The notes beneath the pieces are model-generated. The model was not told the DNA's origin. It was given only the letters and a program-made list of their open reading frames with translations, and searched no databases. A DNA stretch of 42,161 nucleotides, taken from positions 1 through 42,161 of the IMG/VR virus record IMGVR_UViG_3300014309_000036; one strand, written 5' to 3'. The translations under genes and the position numbers were made by a program. This document shows positions 1 through 7,967 of this stretch, one piece after another. The first letter of the stretch is position 1. The number at the start of each line of letters is the position of its first letter. The DNA comes from a virus (taxonomy: Duplodnaviria > Caudoviricetes).

Positions 1-123
1 CCGCTCCACTTCATCGGCGAACCCCGGTGGGGGCTTACGGTGGAAGCGATAGCACTTTCCATCAGGCCCGAAGTGGTCGCAAGTATGACAACACTTAGGC
101 GGGTTATACGCCACCTTGATTAG
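1..123. repeat. Terminal direct overlap, identical to 42039-42161 (circular contig junction)
   Basis: The first 123 nt match the last 123 nt exactly, and an ORF reads in frame across the join. Confidence 0.95.
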
Positions 124-177
124 CTCCTGTTTGACGGCTCTCCATTGCCTTACTGATTCCGGTTCCGCTGGTCTCAT
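1..177 (-). CDS. Small Cys-rich protein (71 aa) spanning the circular junction, continuing 42038-42000
   Basis: Hand translation gives MRPAEPESVRQWRAVKQELIKVAYNPPKCCHTCDHFGPDGKCYRFHRKPPPGFADEVERCDEWVIELPVPF. Its TAA overlaps the next ATG (TAATG at 41998-42002). Not in the ORF track. Confidence 0.75.
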   Translation of the reverse strand, partial: MRPAEPESVRQWRAVKQELIKVAYNPPKCCHTCDHFGPDGKCYRFHRKPPPGFADEVER

Positions 178-1804
178 GTGCCTTGTCTCCAATCGGCAGG
201 TCTTGTTGGTGCCACCAATTGCGCCGCAACACGCGCGCAAAGTTGCCGTCTTTCATATAGTCGATAGTTTTTGGTGGAGGCGCGTCGCTTAGATCTTGTG
301 CTATATCTAATAGCTCCCACTCATGGGTTATCTCAACGCCGTTCTGCCGACCAATAGCGCGCTTGCATATGTCGCTAAGCGTCGCGATTGCCTTGCGGCC
401 AGCATATCCGGTGTGAAGTACCGTGAGATATTCAGTGACCGGCTTCCCTATATTACCGGACCTATATTCAACCTTAAGCATGCTCATTCCGCTGGTGTAG
501 CTCGTATGCACGGTCCAGTTCCATTCAGATACCGTCATCGTCATTGGCTCAATCCCCATAATGTCATCGTTGCGCAAGTACGGATCGGCCTGAACCGGCG
601 GAGGAAACTCGAACCCGCAACTAGGGCAGACACGCACCGCGGCAAAACAGATCTCGCCGCACTCCGGGCACGTACGTGTCGGCGCCTCCCCTTTTTCCCC
701 TGATTTCTTCGGGGGCGAGACATTGGTGATTGGTCCATGCTGCTCTACAACGCCAGCGAAGTCCAGCACGAGGCAGTCATCTGCCTCGCTCTTCGGTCGC
801 ATACCGCGCCCGCTCATCTGAACATAAAGTGACGGGCTCATAGTCGGACGGAGCATCGCTATTAGATCGATGTCGGGGTAATCGAACCCGGTCGTGAGAA
901 CATTCGCGTTCGTTAGTGCCCGTATCTCTCCGCGCATGAAGCGCCGCAGTATGTCGGCTCGTTCGTTGCTCGGCGTGCTGCCGAGGACCATCTCGGCAGT
1001 GATGTCACGCTCGCGCAAGGCATCGCGGACGTGCTCGGCATGAGCAACGCCAGCGCAGAAACATAGCCATGCTTTGCGATCAGCTCCACGCTCGACAATT
1101 TCACCGACCACGGCTTGCGTTTGCGGGTCGGTGTCCACAGCCTTTTGAAGCTCGGACTCAATGTATTCCCCTCCTCGCTTGTGCACGCCAGCAACGGAAA
1201 GCTGAGCTTCGGTGTGCTTACTCCGGAGCGGCGCAAGGAAGCCACGGGCGATCAATTCTTCAATCGTGACTGGCTCGATTAGCGCATTGAATATTGCCGG
1301 CTCATCAGTGATGAGCCCATGCCCGAGCCGCCATGGTGTAGCGGTTAGTCCTATGACCCTCAGGCTCGGGTTAATCTCAGTTAGTTTACCTATGACCGTT
1401 CTGTATCCACCTTGATCCTTATGGGATATAAGGTGGCATTCGTCGACTATAACTAGATCAACGTGCCCAATGTAATCGGCCTTATTACGTAACGACTGAA
1501 TGCTGCCGAATGTTATGGGCTCCCCCAGTTCGCGCTTGCCGAGTCCGGCGGAGTAGACACCCATGGGAGCACCGGGCCACGCCTTGACCATCTTGTCGGC
1601 GTTCTGTGCTATTAGTTCCTTGACGTGAGTCAGCATCAATACGCGCGTTTCCGGCCAGTTCTGCACCGCGTCCTTGCATATGCCGGCGATGATATGAGAC
1701 TTACCGGAGCCCGTTGGCATGACTAAGCAGACGTTGCCGTCATTGCTTTCGAGCCAATCATAAGTCTGGTCAATGGCTCGTTGCTGGTAGTCTCTAAGCG
1801 TCAC
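104..1804 (-). CDS. Superfamily 2 DExH helicase (RadD/YejH-like) with C-terminal zinc ribbon
   Basis: LRDYQ Q-motif, PTGSGKS Walker A, DECH, TAT, LTTGFD, QMSGRGMR, and CPEC...CPSC. Confidence 0.93.
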   Translation of the reverse strand: MTLRDYQQRAIDQTYDWLESNDGNVCLVMPTGSGKSHIIAGICKDAVQNWPETRVLMLTHVKELIAQNADKMVKAWPGAPMGVYSAGLGKRELGEPITFGSIQSLRNKADYIGHVDLVIVDECHLISHKDQGGYRTVIGKLTEINPSLRVIGLTATPWRLGHGLITDEPAIFNALIEPVTIEELIARGFLAPLRSKHTEAQLSVAGVHKRGGEYIESELQKAVDTDPQTQAVVGEIVERGADRKAWLCFCAGVAHAEHVRDALRERDITAEMVLGSTPSNERADILRRFMRGEIRALTNANVLTTGFDYPDIDLIAMLRPTMSPSLYVQMSGRGMRPKSEADDCLVLDFAGVVEQHGPITNVSPPKKSGEKGEAPTRTCPECGEICFAAVRVCPSCGFEFPPPVQADPYLRNDDIMGIEPMTMTVSEWNWTVHTSYTSGMSMLKVEYRSGNIGKPVTEYLTVLHTGYAGRKAIATLSDICKRAIGRQNGVEITHEWELLDIAQDLSDAPPPKTIDYMKDGNFARVLRRNWWHQQDLPIGDKAHETSGTGISKAMESRQTGANQGGV

Positions 1805-2799
1805 TCGTCGAGTCCTTTTGCTTTCACAATGTACGCAATGAACTCATGAGATCCCATAACGCCAGAGTCGGGGTGCCCGTTGTATATGGTTTCGCCATGG
1901 CCGATGAAGTAAGCAACAACGTGCCGACCTGAAAGGAGCGCGTCCGCTTGCAATGGCACAAGGTCAGGGTGAATGGCGTGATCCGGGCAAGCCGCAAGTT
2001 GCTCTTCAACTGATAGCGTCGAGTCATGAAGGGTACAGTACCAAGTGCCATCGGGCTCAGCCGTGGACATTGCGCAAGTCCTACAGTTGACGTTCCGAGC
2101 TATGTCTCCCTTATGACATAGTGAATGTGCCGAGCACATCTTGCACTTATACCACGTCGGGCTGGCCCCCGGCGTAGGCTGAAGTATTACGTCGCTTTCG
2201 GATATGTACTTACCTCGCTCAATGTCGCGGTCCGCTCGCGTCTTATCGAGGCGAACGCGCTCGCAAAGCATCTCGTCCGTGTCCTTGCAGACGGCGACAT
2301 ACAACGCCCGGTTAATCTTATGCACGCGCATACACGCCTGCATTTGGGACCAATGCGTCGGGTTCGAGACCTCGATTCCGTCCTTAAGGAGCTCCTTAAA
2401 GCGGCTCTCCTTGTATGTTTTGATCTCGAGAATATGCCGGGTCTTTTCGGCGCCCGGCACTCCGCTTTCAATAATCCCATCACACCCGCCAGAACCGACG
2501 TGCCCGCCTGCCCATAGCGGCTCTTGCTCGTCACCCGTCGAGTGAATCACACACCCGATGGCGCGCAAATCCGCGACCACCGACGCTTCCTCCGCATGCC
2601 CCCGACGGAACAAGCGGAGCTGGCGGCCGCTGAATTTCTCAGCAACCGCCCACCGAAACCGAAGCCATAGCCACCGATCGCAATGGTGGCCTAGCTCCGA
2701 AAACCCGAGGTAAGGCCTTGGGCCCTCGCGTCCAACGCGCTCATGATGCGCGTTGATAGCTTCGGTTATAGCATCGTCTGGCCGCGGAATTTTCGCCAT
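1801..2799 (-). CDS. Cas4-like PD-(D/E)xK exonuclease with probable Fe-S cluster
   Basis: N-terminal Cys (HHCDR), RRGHAEE, CDGII...LEIKT, QMQAC, CKMCSAHSLC, plus further Cys motifs. Confidence 0.8.
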   Translation of the reverse strand: MAKIPRPDDAITEAINAHHERVGREGPRPYLGFSELGHHCDRWLWLRFRWAVAEKFSGRQLRLFRRGHAEEASVVADLRAIGCVIHSTGDEQEPLWAGGHVGSGGCDGIIESGVPGAEKTRHILEIKTYKESRFKELLKDGIEVSNPTHWSQMQACMRVHKINRALYVAVCKDTDEMLCERVRLDKTRADRDIERGKYISESDVILQPTPGASPTWYKCKMCSAHSLCHKGDIARNVNCRTCAMSTAEPDGTWYCTLHDSTLSVEEQLAACPDHAIHPDLVPLQADALLSGRHVVAYFIGHGETIYNGHPDSGVMGSHEFIAYIVKAKGLDE

Positions 2800-2804
2800 G
2801 GTGT

Positions 2805-3446
2805 CTATGCCTTCTTGAACCAGGGCGGCGTTGCGCGTTGATTGGGCGCTACCGTTGCGGGTTTCGCCGCTTCCTTCTGAGGGGAGAGGTATGACTCATC
2901 CTCGTCAACCTCTCCTTGTGCGGTGACCGCAACGGGCGCCGCTTTCTTCGTGGGCTTCGCAGTCGCAAACTTGGGCACGGCGGACGCTGTTTTCTTCGGT
3001 GCTGCGAAGTTGCTCGGCATTGCACCGCCGATCGCTCTGTACCCCTTGACGTCGTTTTGGGGCCCGTATTCCGGGCTATTTTTCACGACCAGCCTGATCC
3101 CTAGCCTTGCTCCGATGAGTTGCGAACTGTCGTCCGCTGCACGCATGCCAATTGCCGTGAGCATTGAGCGCAGCTCACCAAGGCCGATTTTTACGCATTG
3201 CTCGCTAGGGTTCTTTATGTTGATCCTAGTATACGTGTTACGCCCCTCGTGCGACGGACCCTCAATGCAGAATTGGATCTTGATGTGAGCCTTGGTGACG
3301 GTCTGTCTGCCGTCGTCATCAAGCTCATAGGTCGGGATTACTTCGGCTTCTGCTATTGCCGCGTCATACCATCCCGCTGGCAATGCCTCGAGGCTGTCGG
3401 CTTCCGGCAATTCGTCAACGCTGAATGTGGTTCCAAAATCACCCAT
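2805..3446 (-). CDS. DUF669-family putative ssDNA-binding protein
   Basis: LPAGWYDAAIAEAE, EGPSHEGR, NDVKGY and a PPW tail. Start moved to the ATG at 3446, which overlaps the upstream stop (TGATG). Confidence 0.78.
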   Translation of the reverse strand: MGDFGTTFSVDELPEADSLEALPAGWYDAAIAEAEVIPTYELDDDGRQTVTKAHIKIQFCIEGPSHEGRNTYTRINIKNPSEQCVKIGLGELRSMLTAIGMRAADDSSQLIGARLGIRLVVKNSPEYGPQNDVKGYRAIGGAMPSNFAAPKKTASAVPKFATAKPTKKAAPVAVTAQGEVDEDESYLSPQKEAAKPATVAPNQRATPPWFKKA

Positions 3447-3844
3447 CACTTGCCTGCTTTCATGGGCGCGAGCTCGAACGATGGCCGCGCCGGTTTGGTT
3501 GTAATAGCATCCAGGAACACTTCCCGATCTGCGTCGGGCGCCGCGTCCCATTCTTTCTTTTTGATCTCCGGCTTCCACCGGAATAACTCTCCCAACAAAG
3601 CCTCGGCTTCGTGTTCCTCGGCAAGCGCCATGGCCTTGGCACCGTCGACTTTGGGCTCGATTCGGATCGTCACTTTGAACGGCCCGATCTTGTGCGTGCC
3701 CTTCACTTCCGTGTCGATGCGAGCGCGCTTCACCAACTCATCCTCGACAGCCCGGCGAATTGCCACGGCCTCGGCCTCGTCTTCTTTGGCTTGTGTCCAC
3801 GTCTGCCAAAGGTCCTTGTCGCTCACTTCTTCAATTTCACTCAT
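3446..3844 (-). CDS. Hypothetical phage protein of the recombination module
   Basis: Translationally coupled at both ends; FRWKPE and KPARPSF motifs. Start at MSEIEEV. Confidence 0.7.
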   Translation of the reverse strand: MSEIEEVSDKDLWQTWTQAKEDEAEAVAIRRAVEDELVKRARIDTEVKGTHKIGPFKVTIRIEPKVDGAKAMALAEEHEAEALLGELFRWKPEIKKKEWDAAPDADREVFLDAITTKPARPSFELAPMKAGK

Positions 3845-4527
3845 ACCAGTTTCCCTATTATATGTCCGACATCCATAGGTTCCCATGGATCCAACCTACC
3901 GCTACGATCCTTGGCCATCCACAGACCATCCGAGCGACACATGACCGCGTGCACCGGGTCGCCCGCTTCGTCCTTTTCGACACGGAACGCCAGCACTTCG
4001 TCGAAGAAGTATGGCAACCCTTGGCCTAGTTTATTCCCGGGCATCGATGGGGCATAAGATACTTTACCCATTTCGTCCGTGCTCTTCTCCATCTTTGCAG
4101 TGAAGTAGACGTGTTTGCCTACTATGTCCCGGAAGCCGCGAATGATGGACGTCATTTGTTCTTGAGTCTCGCCGTACGCCTGGCGCGGGTCCTTGGCGGT
4201 ACGTTTCTCAGCCGCCAGCACCACCTCCGCAATTTCAGAGAGCGAGTCGATTGCGATGCATTCGAATTGCTCTGACTCTGCGCTACTCGTCGCCCATGCG
4301 AACGCCGCTTGAAGATCACGCATTGACTTAATATCTACATACGGGATATCAATCTCAGTTTCCTCGCATGCGTTTGCTAACGACAATAGCCCGGCTTCGG
4401 CGCTTATAACGAACACATTAGGGATCGTCACGATTGCCCGCGTCTTGCCAGCGCCAGACTGGCCATAGGCCAGAACCTTAGCGCCGTTCGCCTTCACTGA
4501 CCGCATTGTTTTGATATCAATAGCCAT
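3841..4527 (-). CDS. AAA_24 / Sak4-like ATPase (putative recombinase)
   Basis: YGQSGAGKT Walker A, IAIDSLSE Walker B, AKDRSG, and a location near DUF669. Confidence 0.88.
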   Translation of the reverse strand: MAIDIKTMRSVKANGAKVLAYGQSGAGKTRAIVTIPNVFVISAEAGLLSLANACEETEIDIPYVDIKSMRDLQAAFAWATSSAESEQFECIAIDSLSEIAEVVLAAEKRTAKDPRQAYGETQEQMTSIIRGFRDIVGKHVYFTAKMEKSTDEMGKVSYAPSMPGNKLGQGLPYFFDEVLAFRVEKDEAGDPVHAVMCRSDGLWMAKDRSGRLDPWEPMDVGHIIGKLV

Positions 4528-5041
4528 CGGTTCCAGTCCAGACTTCTATTACACAGAAGCCTTTTCCCGGCTTAGCCGGGTGCCATACCTCTATAATCTC
4601 AGCGTCCTTGGGCTTATCACTAGCTATAATGCCCAGTCCCTCATATGGTTTCCCGCGCCGCACGCCTGATGGCTGCAAGCAATCGACCGCAATCTTCGCC
4701 CAGCCAGCTAGGGCATCGGGCTCGACCGAAGAATACCGGAAGCACAGCACTTGCGGGCGCCCAGCCAATGGGTATTCGAGGCCGTAGTGTACTGGGTTGA
4801 CCGGCTTCCTCATGCGCATGAGCACCCTAGCCCTGGCGTTCGCGGCCATCCACGCTTTTTCGTGGCGGGTACGGTTACGTGGTGGGCACTCGTCAATGTG
4901 CAGCATGTACATTGCAGCGATCGTGCCGTGCGGCTCTGGCCAGCTTATGCGACCGATGGGATGCAGGTCCCTTATGGCAGTTATATGAAAGTCAACGCAT
5001 GGCTGCTCATAAAGTCGCTTTAGCACGACCTTACAAGTCAT
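4517..5041 (-). CDS. RusA-like Holliday junction resolvase (divergent)
   Basis: PDALAGWAKIAVDCL...GIIASD...CVIEV resembles the RusA DxDNxxKxxxDxL...DD pattern. Confidence 0.55.
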   Translation of the reverse strand: MTCKVVLKRLYEQPCVDFHITAIRDLHPIGRISWPEPHGTIAAMYMLHIDECPPRNRTRHEKAWMAANARARVLMRMRKPVNPVHYGLEYPLAGRPQVLCFRYSSVEPDALAGWAKIAVDCLQPSGVRRGKPYEGLGIIASDKPKDAEIIEVWHPAKPGKGFCVIEVWTGTDGY

Positions 5042-5687
5042 AAGGATCGTCGTTCCTGTAAGGGTATAAGTATTCGTCGGCTAGTCCCCATGCCTGCTCA
5101 CGCTTGCCGCTAACGCGACGCTCGACCACTCCCGATGACTCAAGCTGCTTCAGGTCGTCGATAACGCGCTCAACCGGCAGACCGATTGTGGAGGCTATCA
5201 AGGACGCTGGTTCAGCTCCGCCTTCCCTAAACCCATGTGTCATCATGATGGACCTGACGGCGTGCTGGCGCCATAGCTCAAGCAAGCACTCTGGCATGTA
5301 TACCGATACATCATGCTCATACGTATATGCGTTTGACCGAGTGAGCACGCTTGATAATTCAGTGATAAACACTGGCTTCCCTATGCGATTAGCGTGGGTA
5401 TATTCCACGAGGCACCCGGGAGACTCTCGGAAGTTTTCCGGGAACACGACGGCCAGGCAATGGTCGATCATGGCGCAACAGTGATACATAGCGTCACGGT
5501 ATGATATCTCAGGAACGCCAGAGCCCTCAACATGCCGCAGTTCCTGCAACGGCGACACGGTCAAGAACCCGGCAAAATTGAGCATTCTTGACATAAACGC
5601 GGCCAGCTTCCTGTTCTCCGCCGGGCTCTCAGTGTACGGATGCGCCACGTATATAGGGCCAACCAGTGGAACCTTTACATTTGGCAC
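5031..5687 (-). CDS. DUF1937/DUF4406-like (nucleoside deoxyribosyltransferase fold) protein with C-terminal winged HTH
   Basis: IYVAHPYT, SP, and ESPGCLVEYTHANRIGKPVF; C-terminus IASTIGLPVERVIDDLKQLESSGVVER. Confidence 0.65.
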   Translation of the reverse strand: MPNVKVPLVGPIYVAHPYTESPAENRKLAAFMSRMLNFAGFLTVSPLQELRHVEGSGVPEISYRDAMYHCCAMIDHCLAVVFPENFRESPGCLVEYTHANRIGKPVFITELSSVLTRSNAYTYEHDVSVYMPECLLELWRQHAVRSIMMTHGFREGGAEPASLIASTIGLPVERVIDDLKQLESSGVVERRVSGKREQAWGLADEYLYPYRNDDPYDL

Positions 5688-5920
5688 TATGTGGCCTCGT
5701 CTTCTATGTATAGTTGCTTGCCTAGTGCGCTCAGTATGCGGACGATCGTGTCCATGGACGCGCTCTTGCCAAACTCAACATTGCTGATTGTAGTTTCGGT
5801 TACGCCCGACGCTATAGCTACAGCTCGACGACTCAGTTTTAGCCGCTCACGCTCAAGCCTTATGGTCGTCCCTATGCCAGATAGTGAGACCTTGGTCGGC
5901 TCGTCTTGCTCATTGTTCAT
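5687..5920 (-). CDS. XRE-family HTH transcriptional regulator
   Basis: IRLERERLKLSRRAVAIASGVTETTISNVEFG...TIVRILSALG. Confidence 0.9.
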   Translation of the reverse strand: MNNEQDEPTKVSLSGIGTTIRLERERLKLSRRAVAIASGVTETTISNVEFGKSASMDTIVRILSALGKQLYIEDEAT

Positions 5921-6425
5921 AGCGAGACCTGGCTTTCTTCCTTATACCCGACACTTCTACGATTGCCGAGACACTGTCCTCTGCCATAGACCCGATGGTC
6001 TCAGCCATGGCCACTGCCCCTTCCTCGCAGTTTGCTAGCATCCGGTGGCATGCTCTATTCTTTACGAAACCAAGCATAGTAGCAACTGCCGTGCAGAATA
6101 TTACGCTTTTCATCTGTTGCTCTGCGAGCAGTTCATCCCACGGCCTCATACATGGGTGAGTTTTCTTGGTTATGTCTTTGGTCTCCCCATAGACCCAACC
6201 GTCCGCCTCCTTGCAGCGAAGCCAACATTCGTGTGATTTCTCTGGCGTGTTACCACCTATGGCCTCGCGAACGCCAGTGAACATAGATGCCTTATACCAT
6301 GGTGGGCACCTGGCCCAATCGGGCATCGTGGCGTCGCCAATGCGTTCGCAGTATTTATTGTTTGCCTCGTGCGCGGCTATGGCGCACAACTCAAGCGCTT
6401 TTATATCATAGAACATAACTATCAA
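5910..6425 (-). CDS. Phage RyR-domain protein
   Basis: HECWLRCKEADGWVYGETKDITKKTHPCMRPWDEL matches the RyR repeat pattern (H..W......GW.YG..kD...k.HP.l.PwdeL). Confidence 0.82.
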   Translation of the reverse strand: MIVMFYDIKALELCAIAAHEANNKYCERIGDATMPDWARCPPWYKASMFTGVREAIGGNTPEKSHECWLRCKEADGWVYGETKDITKKTHPCMRPWDELLAEQQMKSVIFCTAVATMLGFVKNRACHRMLANCEEGAVAMAETIGSMAEDSVSAIVEVSGIRKKARSRYEQ

Positions 6426-6685
6426 TCGTCCTCTCCGGCTACCAAAAACCCCGCGAGCTCGCGTTCAGCCATGGTGGGCACCTGGCCCAAGTACTTCTCC
6501 CGCTTCCACTTATGGCCATTGCGAATGTTCTTCGCTCTATTCATGAGCGTTAGCGCGATGGTGCGCCTATGGTTATAGTCGTCCCGAGAAAGACCATAGT
6601 CACGGTCTAGCGCATCAGTGGCGTTGGATATTAGATCGGCGGCCCAGTCGTAGTTGCTTGCTTTCTGTTCAGAATTCATAGCCAT
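6422..6685 (-). CDS. Hypothetical protein
   Basis: GGGAG RBS before the ATG at 6685; stop overlaps the next ATG. Confidence 0.6.
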   Translation of the reverse strand: MAMNSEQKASNYDWAADLISNATDALDRDYGLSRDDYNHRRTIALTLMNRAKNIRNGHKWKREKYLGQVPTMAERELAGFLVAGEDD

Positions 6686-6703
6686 CGCTCCCAAGCATAT
6701 CTT

Positions 6704-7048
6704 CTAGCCAAGACAACTCGTCAGGCTCCCACCAGGGGAGCATGTGGCGTATGATGTGGAGGCCTTTGCGTGTCGGATGCCCCACGGCTTCACCAAAGCC
6801 GATGCATAGACGTACCGCGCGTCCTCGGCAGAGAGCTGGCCCGACGACACTCGGTACCGCAGGTGTTTCGCCAATGAGCGCAAACGGTTTCGGCGATCCG
6901 CCCTGCACGCTCGGCACCGTGACTCGCGGCCGTCGGCTCTTTTTCTGTCTAAGCTGAACGAGTCTATCGCTAGCCATTGGTCGCATTGCGGGCACATCTT
7001 CGACCGAGTCGGGCGCGGCTTCACGCGCGGGATTGCTATCCCTGCCAT
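6704..7048 (-). CDS. Zinc-ribbon protein (CxxC...CxxC)
   Basis: KMCPQCDQWLAIDSF...DGRESRCRAC, like the N-terminal Zn ribbons of phage endonuclease-associated proteins; GAGGTG RBS. Confidence 0.65.
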   Translation of the reverse strand: MAGIAIPRVKPRPTRSKMCPQCDQWLAIDSFSLDRKRADGRESRCRACRADRRNRLRSLAKHLRYRVSSGQLSAEDARYVYASALVKPWGIRHAKASTSYATCSPGGSLTSCLG

Positions 7049-7051
7049 AGC

Positions 7052-7153
7052 TCACCTCTTGCAGTCCATTGACTCTTCATAGGTCCGAACGGCCTCATAT
7101 GAGGCTATCGCACATAGCTCGATTACAAGCCTCCCCGGCCTCTCGTTATCCAT
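7052..7153 (-). CDS. 33-aa small ORF similar to the N-terminus of the RyR protein
   Basis: MDNERPGRLVIELCAIASYEAVRTYEESMDCKR with a strong AGAGGAG RBS; first ORF after a candidate promoter. Confidence 0.55.
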   Translation of the reverse strand: MDNERPGRLVIELCAIASYEAVRTYEESMDCKR

Positions 7154-7181
7154 CGTTTCTCCTCTGTCGTGGTTGCCAGAA

Positions 7182-7232
7182 GAGCTAAACGAAACGACCC
7201 AAGCAGTCAAGCGGATTGCGCAAGTTTTTTTT
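7182..7232 (-). promoter_or_regulatory. Candidate sigma70-type promoter for the replication operon
   Basis: TTGACT (7205-7210), 17 nt, TAGCTC (7182-7187), with an upstream A-tract (7225-7232). The -10 is weak. Confidence 0.45.
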
Positions 7233-7242
7233 GAGAAGCGGA

Positions 7243-7665
7243 TTACCTGCTAACTTCAAGTGGTTTAACCAGTGCAATTCCGCTACGCGCGAGCAATTCC
7301 AGCGCCCGACGCTCCCCGGCTTCGCTCCCCTCGCGACGAGCCACGCTCCTGGCCTCATCCAGCGAAGCCATCGACTGAACCCTGGCGACCTCCGCAGCCT
7401 GCTCCCGGCACTGGCCCGAAGTGTAATCACGCCAGCCAAGCGCCAGAAACCCCATGAGCGCCACTATAATGCTAGTGGCCGAGGTAGCCCATAGTTTATA
7501 GTTTGAGCGCGTCTTACTCTGCTCGGCCTTGACGTATGCCTTAAACTCCGAATGAACCTTTTCTATTAGCTCGCGAGTGGCTTCGTTTTCCGAAGTCATC
7601 CTATTCGCAAGGTGAACGTTAGACGCCATTAGCCCCCCGATAACCTCGTAAAGGTCATGGGGCAC
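7243..7665 (-). CDS. Single-pass membrane protein (possible lysis protein)
   Basis: Coiled-coil-like N-terminus, then hydrophobic LWATSATSIIVALMGFLALGW; last gene of the late block. Confidence 0.55.
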   Translation of the reverse strand: MPHDLYEVIGGLMASNVHLANRMTSENEATRELIEKVHSEFKAYVKAEQSKTRSNYKLWATSATSIIVALMGFLALGWRDYTSGQCREQAAEVARVQSMASLDEARSVARREGSEAGERRALELLARSGIALVKPLEVSR

Positions 7666-7667
7666 AG

Positions 7668-7967
7668 TTACACCTGTCGAGTCGAACAGCGGAAGTATAT
7701 GGTTTCCGTCTTAACTTCCCCGCTGCTCATGGTCGCGGTACACGCAACGGCGTAGCGCGTGCCGTCGACTCCGCCGTTCGAAACGCGCACGATTGCGTCA
7801 GAACCGATGACACCCTGTGGGGTGACCGTCGGGTGCCCGCTTCCGCTCGGGGTTATCGCCCACGCGGCGCTTGAAACCGAAACACCGGACGGGAGCCACC
7901 TTGCGAAATCAACCGCATAATCGGCTATGTCGTTCGGGTAATAGTCGTCAAGAACTCGGCTGCTCAT
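7668..7967 (-). CDS. Putative fibre/tail adaptor protein
   Basis: DYAVDFARWL...VRVSNGGVDGTRYAVACTATMSSG pattern seen in small phage fibre adaptors; directly follows the repeat-fibre gene. Confidence 0.6.
   Translation of the reverse strand: MSSRVLDDYYPNDIADYAVDFARWLPSGVSVSSAAWAITPSGSGHPTVTPQGVIGSDAIVRVSNGGVDGTRYAVACTATMSSGEVKTETIYFRCSTRQV

Noticed and set aside
1-123. Biological direct terminal repeat
   Set aside because: It falls inside coding sequence and is most simply an assembly overlap; read data would be needed to claim real termini.
5687-5920. XRE gene as a lysogeny repressor switch
   Set aside because: There is no divergent cI/cro arrangement, integrase or partition gene; it is co-oriented within the replication operon.
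6669-7055. Alternative-frame 128-aa ORF
   Set aside because: The overlapping frame 6704-7048 has a recognisable zinc ribbon and a better RBS.
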